Shown piece by piece: positions 53,370 through 63,592 of a stretch of DNA of 64,000 nt. The translations under genes and the position numbers were made by a program. Position 1 is the first letter of the stretch. Each line of letters opens with the position of its first letter. This stretch comes from Selaginella moellendorffii (taxonomy: Eukaryota > Plantae > Lycopodiophyta): the NCBI RefSeq assembly GCF_000143415.4, contig NW_003314303.1, forward strand, positions 842,613-906,612, written 5' to 3'. The notes beneath the pieces were generated by a model. The model was not told the origin of the DNA and did not search any database. It worked only from the letters and a program-made list of their open reading frames with translations.

Positions 53370-53863
53370 CACCAGCAGGAGCTGGAAAGTGGCAAAGAAA
53401 TCGACGAAGGGAATCGCCCCACTCTGGCGGCGCTCAAGGAGGTAAGCAAGGCCAGGGGTGCCAAGAGGGGGCGGGAGCTCCACTCCGACGCCATAGCCAG
53501 TGAAGTGGCGGGCGATCTCTTCGTGGGCAGCAGCCTGGTGGACATGTACTCCAACTGCGGCCTCATAGGCGAAGCGCGAGAGGTATTTGACGCCATGCCC
53601 AGCCATGACATTGTCTCGTGGAATGCGCTCATGCTCGGTTACGCAGAGAACGACAATGGATTGGCGGCGCTCGCCCTCTTCTCGCCGATGCGCGACGAGG
53701 GCTGCTCTCCAAACTCGAGAACTTTTGTTGCTGCGGCCAAGGCATGCTCTAGCATTGCCACGGCTTTCCAAGATGAGATCGCTGGAGATTGGAATGGCAA
53801 TCCACTCGCAGGCGCTGGAGAGGAGGTGTGGATCCAGTTTCGTGGAGAGCTGCGTTGTCGAAA
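53370..53863 (+). pseudogene. PLS-PPR gene fragment, frameshifted and cut by a retroelement
   Basis: GRELHSDA..DLFVGSSLVDMYSNCG..EAREVFDAMPSHDIVSWNALMLGYAEN..PNSRTFVAAAKAC; frameshift near 53770; homology stops at 53863. Confidence 0.8.
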
Positions 53864-55090
53864 TGTGACACGAACCACAGGAATATTCCAGAATATTCCA
53901 TGGCCGGTGGGATTTAAGGCTGTAATGCCTGAAGTATTAAGAGGTTGGCCTAAAGTTCATGTTTCTGTTCGTTTCATTGGTATTAAAGTAGCACATTCTT
54001 TTTAGGGTGAGCAAGATATTAATCTTGATAAAGAGTATGGTGTTAGTGATGATGGCCATGATGATGAAAAAGAAACTCTTGATAATGTCGTTGTGTGACA
54101 AGGACACTAAATTTCTAAGATTTAGAGCGACATAAAGGAGGTTAAAAATTCTGTCAATCTTATTAAGAATTTTTTGTTTTGCATGGACCCATTGAATCAC
54201 ACTCATGTCCGTGATTACCATTGGTACATCAAGCATACTAAGAATTAAACCAAAAATTAATCTCTTAACTATCACAAACATTTGGTGATGATTTATATTC
54301 CACAATACCAAGAATTATGAGAAAGTTGTTAGTTTCACAATCCTTGTGAGGATAAAATGAAGATAGATTTTTTTGTGACGAAGCTTATGAGCCATGCTTC
54401 TTCATGGTGAAAGAATTACATCAAAGCTAATTCGAAACTAACTTCTTGGATTGATTTGACAAAGGTCTTCCGCACTTCATTTGTCAAAAAGTTTGAAGAA
54501 GTTGATTTTGTGAACCAATTATTAAAGATCCGGCAAGGGACTTTGTTTTTGGATGCATATGCCTACAAGTTCCGTGATCTTTACCTTAGTTTTACGAGCA
54601 TCTATAATGAGTTGCTAAAGGTGTAATGTTTCATCAAAAGATTGAGCTCAGTGGATATGCAACAGAAGGTTAAAAAGGATTTTCTAGCAACATTGACTGA
54701 TGCTATTACTAAGGCTTAGATCTTTTCACCCAAACTATCAGTCAACTTGGTCAATTCTGGTCAACAGGATGGTCTACGGGGTGGTCAACGTGATGACCAG
54801 CTTGCCAATGCTTCATATTTGGGGATGAAACAACCATTGTTCCATTGTGGCTCGAAGAATGAAGATGGCAGTGAGGTTATGAAACTTCATTTACACCAAC
54901 GAGAAAAAGACAAGGTAGAGGGCAATTGTTTTCGTTGCCACAGGTCTAAACGTTAGAGCAAAGATTGTTTTGAAGGGGTCAATGAATGATAAGGTGACTA
55001 TGGTGGAAATTATATGTGTTTTTGGGGCTATATTACTTCCAATTAGGCATTCTCTCACATTCATGAGCCACAAATTTAATGCCACACAGT
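53864..55090 (+). mobile_element. Old decayed LTR retrotransposon 5' part (possible LTR 53864-54220, gag remnant)
   Basis: TGTGACA start, ...CCA then TGGTACATCAAGC (PBS-like); LTSWIDLTKVFRTSF...NQLLKIRQGT..LDAYAYKFRDL (Retrotrans_gag) and GNCFRCH knuckle remnant. Confidence 0.6.
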
Positions 55091-55677
55091 TGTGAGACAC
55101 AAAATCCCTAAGCCCCAGAGTGGAGCTGGAAAGGGTGCCACATGGTAATGGCCGAAGTGAAAGCCAAACGAGCGTAGCACGTTTGGACTAAAAGCTCCGA
55201 CTTGGAAGGTCGAGAGCGGGAGTGGAACTCCCAACAAGGGCTCGAGGAACAAGCACGAAGCGAGCAATAAGTCAGACTCCAAAAAGGGACCCAAAAGGAC
55301 CAACATGTCAAGACCCCCAACAAGATCAAGACTGGAAAATGCTAAAGACAAAGAGAAAAAGCTAGTGAAAACAAAGAAGAGGCCTTAGACTGGTGTTGAT
55401 TCAGATTGTGGAGAAATGGAACAAGGCTAACCTATATATACTATAGGTTGATGAAGCTCCACCACTCTTGGATCGAGGACATCCTAAATACAGCTGAGGT
55501 CGAGGAGGCGCCACATCATCATCAGGAATGTGTCTCGAGAGTCAGGAATAGGGAAGTGTCTCGAGAGTCAGGAATAGAGAAGTGTCTCGAGAGTCAGGAA
55601 TGTGGTCTGCAGGTTAGGAATCCGGCGAGAGTCAGGAATGTGGCAAGAATTGGGGGATTCCTGACAGCACCCCCTCC

Positions 55678-58600
55678 TCAAGAACGAGTGGAATGAGGAT
55701 GTGAACGAGAACGAAGAGGAGGATGAGATGAGCGGCGAGGGATGGGAGATGGAGAAAAAGAATGAGGACTGGGACGAGAAGGATAGCGGTGGTGGAAGTC
55801 CTGAACAAGGTCAGGAGAATGAATCAGGTTGTCCGCAGGTTCCCAAGTGCGTTCCTCAGGTCCGTAACCCTTCCAGTCCACCAGATAGTAGAGTTTAGAT
55901 CGTGAAATCTTGGAATCAAGGATGTCCTGAACCTCGTACTCAGACCCATCCTCGAGCTGCACTGGTGGAGGCGGAGGAATGACCCGATTTGGAATAGGAC
56001 TGGGAATATAAGGCTCAAGGAGAGAGGAGTGAAAAACGGGGTGAATTTGATATGAGGAGGGAAGTGCAAGGCGATAAGTGACAGGATTAATGATGGCAGT
56101 GATAGGGAAAGGACCAAGGCGTTTGAAATCGAGTTTTGGACAGGGCCTGGTGGTGGAGATATTTCGCCTGAGGAGCCAGACTTTATCCCCGATATTGTAA
56201 GGGGGACAATCCTGACGATGGACATTGGCAAATGTTTTATGAGATTCCTGAGCACGATGGAGGTGGAAGGAGATGGAGTTGTGGATTTCCTGAAGGTTGG
56301 AGAGAAATGATTCAGAGCGGGGATTTGAACGAGAGGATTCAGATGGAGAAGGAAGTGAGAGATTGAATCGGGGATTTCGGCCAGAGTTCGCAAAGAAGGG
56401 GGAAACTCGAAGAGAGGAGTGAACAGAGTTGTTATAGGAGAACTCAGCAAGGGGAAGGATATCGAACCAGTTATCCTGATGATAGTTGATGAAGCACCTC
56501 AAGAATTGTTCCAATGTCTGAATCGTTCGCTCGGACTGCCCATCAGTTTGAGGATGATATGCCGAAGAGAGGTTGGCCTTCACTCCAAGCAACTGCAAAA
56601 ACCGTTGCCAGAAATGAGAGATGAACTGAGGCCCCCGATCCGAAACCACATCTGTAGGAATCCCATGAAGTCGGAAAATTTCCCTGAATACCAGTTTTGC
56701 CATGTCCTCGCCCGAAAACTCCTTGGTACATGGCAAGAAGTGCGCCATCTTTGTGAAGCGATCCACCACGACTAAAATGCTGTTGAAGCCTCCAGAACTC
56801 GGAAGATCACTCAAGAAATCCATGGAGATGGATTCCCAAGGACCTGAAGGGACCGGAAGGGAACGAAGCAAACCTGAAGGAAGGTGGCGAGGTACTTTAT
56901 TCCGGGCACAAGTGTCACAGGAGGTAACAAAAGCTTTGATGTAGTCGTCCATGTGAGGCCACCAAAAGTCCCGTGCAACTACCTCATAGGTTTTCGCAAT
57001 GCCGAAGTGACCAGCAGTCGGGCTATCGTGGCACGCCATCAGGATCAACCTTCGAGCATCACCTTCAGGAACGTAAAGCTGCTCCCCATGGTACAATAAG
57101 CCATCTAAGAACTCGAACTCGTCAAATCGCCGGCAGTCGGGAGTCACTGGGTGTCCAGCCTGAAGATGGGGAAAAATGTCGCTAGCGAGATCATCGGATT
57201 GAAGATCGTTTCTGATTGCATCCATCAAGGAGGAGTCCTGAGGGGCCAGGGAAATTGCCATAACTTGAAGCCGATCAGGACCGAGGATAACTTGATCCTG
57301 TTGATCGAAGGCAAGATTACCAGGCCTGAGACTGAGATAGGAGCGCCTTGAAAGAGCATCAGGAAGGCCTTGAAACTTTCCAGGTCTGTACTTGATAACA
57401 AAGTCAAACCGACTCAGGAATTGTGCCCACCTTGCTTGACGACGGCTTAAAACTCGGGAAGTGGCAAAGTACTCGAGATTTTTGTGATCCGTCCAGACTG
57501 TTGTTTGATGGCTCGCCCCCTCCAAGAAACGGCGCCACTCTCCAAAGGAATCCACGATGGCAAGAAGCTCCTTGTCGTGGATTTCGTAATTGATCTCCGC
57601 AGGCTGGAATTTCCGAGAATGGAAAGCGACCGGATGAAGTTCGTGATCCGCTCCGAGTTGAGATAGCACAGCACCAATGGCAAAGTCGGAGGCGTCAGCC
57701 TCGATGAAGAAAGGTTGTGAGGAATCAGCATGGATCAAGACAGGAGCAGAACTGAAGGCCGCCTTGAGTGTGTCGAAAGCCTGCTGGGCAGCAGCAGACC
57801 AAGAGAAGGGAACATCCTTGCGAGTGAGATGTGTGAGAGGAAGGACAATGTCAGAGTAGTGATCAATGAATTTGCGGTAGAAGTTGGCGAAGCCAAGGAA
57901 AACCTGAACGTCTGACATTGATTGTGGAGGCTCCCATTCGAGAATAGTCTTGACTTTTGCAGGATCCATCGTGATACCCTCAGGAGTGACAATGTACCCA
58001 AGGAACTCCACAGACTGCTGATCAAAGGAACATTTCTCAAGCTTCGCGTATAGGCCGTGTTCTCGCAGCTTCGCTAGCACCTTGCGAACATGTTCGTCAT
58101 GCTCCTCCTGAGTTTTTGAGTAGATGAGGATGTCATCGAGGTAGACGATCACCATCTGATCAAGAAACTCCCGAAAAATGTCGTTCGCCATGTGTTGGAA
58201 AACCGCTGGAGTACACTGTCAAGCCAAATGGCATGACAGTGTACTCGAAGTGGCCATAGCGGGTTCGGAACGCAGTCTTCCATTCATCACCAGGCCGGAT
58301 CCGGATCAGGTTGTATGCTCCACGGAGGTCGATGTTGGCGAAGAAGTGGGCACCGCCGAGGCGTTCCAACAGGTCCGAGATCAGGGGCAGTGGATAACGG
58401 TTCCGAACAGTCACCTTGTTCAAACCTCGGTAGTCGATGACTAGTCGCAAGCTCCCATCCTTCTTCTTGACAAAGAAGACAGGCGCTCCAGCCGGGGACT
58501 GCGAATGCTGAATGTAGCCCGAGGCAAGGTTCTCATCCACGTACTCTTTGAGGGCCTTAAGCTCGGACGGGGATAACCCGTAGATAGGCCCCCACGGAGG

Positions 58601-59452
58601 TGACACTCCTTCCTGTAAATCAATGGGACAATCATAAGGCCGATGAACAGGCAGTACACTAGCTTTTTTCTTGTCAAACACATCCCCAAAATCATGATAC
58701 TTCTCAGGAAGACTGACAGGAGAAACATGCAAAGCAAAAAGAAAAAGAGGTTCTTCATGAAGGAGTTCTTTCATAGTGATTGTGGAGATAGGAGGAGGAG
58801 TACGACTAAATGGAATGATGAGACGAGGATACTGTCCAGTGTAATATGGAAGAGAGAAAAAAGAAGAGGATGAAAACTGCGTAGAGTCAAGAACAGAACC
58901 CCGACTTGAGTTTAGGGAACTTTTCCTGATTCGGACTCGATGAACACCAGGGGAAGCCGTGGGAGATGGTGATGTGGGAGAGATGAGCTGTAAGTCCTTC
59001 CAACAAATCTGAGGCTGATGTAGTTGGAACCAAGGAAGACCGAGCACCACAGAGGAAGACTTGTTGTTGATGATGTTGAAGGCGATATCGGTGACGGTGG
59101 ACCCGATGTGTACTCGAACGGGCAATGTTTCCCTAAGTCCAGAAGATGGAGACACAAAATGCCCGCCGATGCCTTCAACCCTCAGATCCCGTATGGTAGG
59201 AGAAAGAGGAACGTGATGTCGGGCAGCAAAGTCCGTGTCCATGAAGCAGGAAGTTGCACCCGAGTCCAGTAGCGCCAAAGCCTTGAGTCCTGATTGTCTG
59301 GTGAAAGAAAGGAGACATGGGACGCGGAAGTTGCGGGAATTGGTGGTGGCTTTGATGAAAGGTGGTGAGGAGCTTGATAAGGAAGAAAAGTGATTTTTAT
59401 TTGGGGAGTCCAAACAGACAGCTCCTACTCTGTTTGGATAGGGTCGTTTCCC
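55678..59452 (-). CDS. pol: pol polyprotein (PR-RT-RNaseH-IN-chromodomain) with a frameshift near 58215
   Basis: [36 protein letters not shown] ([12 protein letters not shown]), DDE core, [28 protein letters not shown]. Confidence 0.95.
59403..59452 (-). promoter_or_regulatory. -1 programmed ribosomal frameshift signal (G GGA AAC plus hairpin/pseudoknot)
   Basis: Heptamer 59452-59446 in the gag frame, 7-nt spacer, 10-bp stem TCCAAACAGA/TCTGTTTGGA; the -1 frame is the pol ORF. Confidence 0.88.
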
Positions 59453-60396
59453 GACTGCAACAGTGGTGGACTTTGAGGCAGAGTGAACTCGAGCAATCGA
59501 GGAGGCTTCCTGGGACACACAGCTGCTTTGTGATTAGGATCAGCACAGTAGAGGCAAAGATTATGAGATATTCGACGTTACCTCTCAGCAGGACTCAACT
59601 TCCCTCTAATGAGTCGGGGAGTACCAGAAATATCCATCGGGACCGGAGCAGTAGGTTCAGGACTATGCCCCGAAGACTCAAGCTGGGATTCCTGAGTCTG
59701 GGACGGAAAAACAGCGGCGCGGCGACTTTCCTGACGACGTTCAAAGAGACGATTGTCACATCGAACAGCTTTGTTGATGGCGTCCGACAGGTCCTTGGGA
59801 TCCTCCATGGTGAGCAACAAATCCTTGACACCGTTGTTGAGGCCGAAACGAAATTGGTCAATCAGGGCCCGCTCATCCCACTGAGTGTCCAAGGCAAGGA
59901 GTTGGAACTCTGCAGCGTAGATCGAGGCAGGACGAGACCCCTGAGAGAGACGTCTCATCTTTGTGGTAGCAGCCCGAACCCGATCCGTCTCGCCAAAACA
60001 TGCTTCGAGCTTCTCTTTGAACAATTGAAGATCCATCAGCTCCGGAACCACGACCCCTTTCATGCTCTTCTCCAAAAGAGGAGAAAACCATGACAAAGCT
60101 GCACCCTCGAGCAACGTCCCTATCACGCCGATTTGAGACTTGGGAGTGGGGTACCGCCGATGTTGAAGTGCAAAGATCAGCTCCATTTGATTCAAAAATC
60201 CACGAAGCTCCGAACGCTTGCCTGAAAATTTCGCCGGGAAACTCACCTTCGGTTCAGGAACTTTGCTGGATCCTTGAGCCGAAAATGAAGCAAGCTCCTG
60301 CTGCATGCGAAGAAGGGTCGCCTTCAGCTCGGTATTCTCAGACTGGATTTTTGCAAGGACTTCGGCAAAGAAATCAGGATGGCTTGGAGACTCCAT
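59425..60396 (-). CDS. gag: gag (PEG10/sushi-like capsid plus CCHC knuckle) with internal TAA at 59578-59580
   Basis: [48 protein letters not shown]; beyond the TAA the frame continues [21 protein letters not shown]...SGNDPIQTE*. Confidence 0.92.
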
Positions 60397-60476
60397 TGGC
60401 AAGAAGAAAGAAAAGAAAGGGGGGAAAAGACAAAGGCAATCAAATAATCAAAACAAGCTAAAAGAAAAGCAAAAAA

Positions 60477-60598
60477 CACAATCTGAATCAAACTGTCAAG
60501 ACCCCTAACAAGATCAAGACTGGAAAATGCTAAAGACAAAGAGAAAAAGCTAGTGAAAACAAAGAAGAGGCCTTAGACTGGTGTTGATTCAGATTGTG
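60477..60598 (-). promoter_or_regulatory. Self-priming PBS (60477-60491) and its complement at the predicted transcript 5' end (60584-60598)
   Basis: TTGATTCAGATTGTG versus CACAATCTGAATCAA, 15/15; TATATATA at 60621-60628 lies 30 nt upstream. Confidence 0.85.
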
Positions 60599-60869
60599 GA
60601 GAAATGGAACAAGGCTAACCTATATATACTATAGGTTGATGAAGCTCCACCACTCTTGGATCGAGGACAGCCTAAATACAGCTGAGGTCGAGGAGGCGCC
60701 ACATCATCATCAGGAATGTGTCTCGAGAGTCAGGAATAGGGAAGTGTCTCGAGAGTCAGGAATAGAGAAGTGTCTCGAGAGTCAGGAATGTGGTCTGCAG
60801 GTCAGGAATCCGGCGAGAGTCAGGAATGTGGCAAGAATTGGGGGATTCCTGACACAACACATGACACGT

Positions 60870-61245
60870 GGAGGAGTCCGAGATGGAGTCCGAGGTGGAG
60901 TCCGAGATGGAGTCCAAAGTGGAGTCCGAGATGGAGTCCGAGATGGACCGAGACGGAGTCCGAGGTGGAGTCCGAGATGGAGTCCAAAGTGGAGTCCGAG
61001 ATGGAGTCCGAGATGGACCCGAGATGGAGTCCGAGATGGAGTCCGAGATGGAGTCCGAGATGGACCGAGACGGAGCCCGAGATGGAGTCCGAGAAGGACC
61101 CGAGATGGAGTCCGAGGTCGACACCGAGACCAAGACCGAGACCGGGTCCGAGACCGGGACCGAGACCGAGACCGAGGCCAAGGCTGAGACCGAGCCTGAG
61201 CCTGAGTCCGAGTCCGAGTCCGAGTCCGAGTCCGAGTTCGAGTCT
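60870..61245. repeat. 12-bp (GATGGAGTCCGA) and 6-bp (GAGACC/GAGTCC) tandem array, copy 1
   Basis: Direct reading. Confidence 0.95.
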
Positions 61246-61866
61246 GAGAGGGTGAAAGCCCAAAGCGTTTGTCTCCCAGACCCTGGGGGGTTTGGTGAGC
61301 TCCAAAAGTATAGTAGGGGGGAGGACTGCAGTGGAGCCAGTTTGGCCAGGAAAGGCCAGTTTGGCCCAGGAAGGCCAGACCCAGTGTTGGGTGATGAACT
61401 GACCACTGGGAAGTCCAAGACTAGAGTGAATACGGACCGACAAGCGGGGTAGCTTGGTGAAGTGTTCAAGAGCCGGCTCTAGTTCCCTCGGGAGATCGAC
61501 TGGCTGATGCTCCTAGTCCAAGTGTGGGTGGCACTACCTACTTGGATACCAGGCGTGGCTCAACGGAACCTCGCTCTAAGCCCATGGCTAGAGCACCTAA
61601 AGGCGAAAGGCGGGGAGAGTACCCAGGTGGCTCGCTGTGAGACACAAAATCCCTAGGCCCCAAAGTGGAGCCGGAAGGGCGCCACATGGTAGTGGCCGAA
61701 GCGAGAGCCAAACGAGCGTAACACGTTTGGACCAAAAGCTCCGACTTGAAAAGTCAAGAGCGGGAGTGGAACTCCCAACGAAGTGCTCGAGGAACGAGCA
61801 CGAAGCGAGCAAAAGGCGAGGCTCCAAAAAGGGACCCAAAAGGACCAACACATGACACGTGGGAGT

Positions 61867-62494
61867 GTCCGAGATGGAGTCCGAGATGGAGTCCGAGATG
61901 GACCCGAGATGGAGTCCGAGATGGAGTCCGAGATGGACCCGAGATAGACCCGAAATGGAGTCCGAGATGGAGTCCGAGATGGACCCAAAATGGAGTCCGA
62001 GATGGAGTCTGAGATGGACCCGAGATGGACCCGAGATGGAGTCCGAGATGGAGTCCGAGATGGAGTCCGAGATGGAGTCCGAGATGGAGTCCGAGATGGA
62101 GTCCGAGATGGAGTCCGAGATGGACCCGAGATAGACCCGAGATAGACCCGAAATGGAGTCCGAGATGGAGTCCGAGATGGACCCGAAATGGAGTCCGAGA
62201 TGGAGTCCGAGATGGACCCGAGATGGAGTCCGAGATGGAGTCCGAGATGGACCCGAGATGGACCCGAGATGGAGTCCGAGATGGAGTCCGAGATGGACCC
62301 GAGATAGACCCGAGATAGACCCGAAATGGAGTCCGAGATGGACCCGAAATGGAGTCCGAGATGGAGTCCGAGATGGACCCGAGATGGAGTCCGAGATGGA
62401 GTCCGAGATGGACCCGAGATGGACCCGAGATGGAGTCCGAGATGGAGTCCGAGATGGAGTCCGAGATGGAGTCCGAAGTCGAGACCGAGACCGG

Positions 62495-62532
<38 letters not shown>

Positions 62533-62640
62533 TCGGGACCGAGACCGAGACCGAGGCCGAGGCCGAGACTGAGCCCGAGCCCGAGTCCGAGTCTGAATCC
62601 GAGTCCGAGTCCGAGTCCGAGTCCGAGTCCGGAGCCTGAG
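61867..62640. repeat. Expanded 12/11/6-bp tandem array, copy 2
   Basis: GATGGAGTCCGA and GATGGACCCGA units, then (GAGACC)n and (GAGTCC)n. Confidence 0.95.
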
Positions 62641-63492
62641 AGGGTGAAAGCCCAAAGCGTTCGTCTCCCAGACCCTGGGGGGTTTGGTGAGCTCCAAAAG
62701 TATAGTAGGGGGGAGGACTGCAGTGGAGCCAGTTTGGCCAGGAAAGGCCAGTTTGGCCCAGGAAGGCCAGACCCAGTGTTGGGTGATGAACTGACCACTG
62801 GGAAGTCCAAGACTAGAGTGAATACGGACCGACAAGCGGGGTAGCTTGGTGAAGTGTTCAAGAGCCGGCTCTAGTTCCCCCGGGAGATCGACTGGCCGAT
62901 GCTCCCAGTCCAAGTGTGGGTGGCACTACCTACTTGGATACCAGGTGTGGCTCAACGGAACCTCGCTCTAAGCCCATGGCTAGAGCACCCAAGGGCAGAA
63001 GGTGGGGAGAGTACCCAGGTGGCTCGCGTAAGGCCACGGTGTTCCGAAATGTTGTCCCAAAGGCCCAGACTGTGGAAAGGAAGAGGAGTAGTCCTCTGGG
63101 GTAATGACCAAGGACACAGTCGTGTGGTGAGGAAGTTCCAGAGGACCGTGGGACTTAGTGGTCGGGCCTGTGGGCCTCGATCCAGTGGCAGTGTTGGCAA
63201 ACACGGCCAGGGGCAGAAAGGGACTTAGGGGGGACTGACAGAGGGACATTGGGGAAGGCTGTTCCCCGTGTCGGTGGGCATCCTAAGGATGCTAAGGAGT
63301 GGATTTGAGATGACCACTCATGGATGGTTGGCCCAGTCTTGGAGAGCCAAGACTGTGATGCAAGTGGTGTTGGACCACCAATGTGACCAAGGTAAATGGG
63401 CATGGCCTTAGCGTAACAGGCCGGTACGTCGGTGATACCTTAGGGTGTCGATCATGGGATCGGACACGTGGAGCACTTGGACCAAGTGTTTA

Positions 63493-63592
63493 NNNNNNNN
63501 NNNNNNNNNNNNNNNNNNNNNNNNNNNNNNNNNNNNNNNNNNNNNNNNNNNNNNNNNNNNNNNNNNNNNNNNNNNNNNNNNNNNNNNNNNNN
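63493..63592. other. Assembly gap (100 N)
   Basis: Run of N. Confidence 0.99.

Larger units (their letters stand above)
55306..60854 (-). mobile_element. Full-length Ty3/gypsy chromovirus (Tf1/sushi/Tcn1-like), 5549 bp
   Basis: 361-bp LTRs 55306-55666 and 60494-60854 (TGTCA...TGACA, 3 substitutions), TSD CAACA at 55301-55305 and 60855-60859, PPT GAGGAGGGGG next to the 3' LTR, order gag-PR-RT-RH-IN-chromodomain. Confidence 0.97.
55091..61635 (+). mobile_element. LTR-like unit of family X, copy 1 (55091-55305 + 60860-61635), split by the chromovirus
   Basis: Begins TGTGAGACACAAAATCCC and is colinear (about 90-95%) with 61636-63027. Confidence 0.8.

Noticed and set aside
60470-60493. tRNA primer-binding site for the chromovirus
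   Set aside because: No TGG start; explained better by complementarity to the element's own LTR.
60870-62640. CRISPR-like repeat array
   Set aside because: No unique spacers, eukaryotic context, no cas genes.
60594-62913. Long ORFs of SPRW/MESE/DGVR/LHLG/SISD repeats in all six frames
   Set aside because: Produced by a largely stop-free 12-bp tandem unit inside an LTR; no coding evidence.
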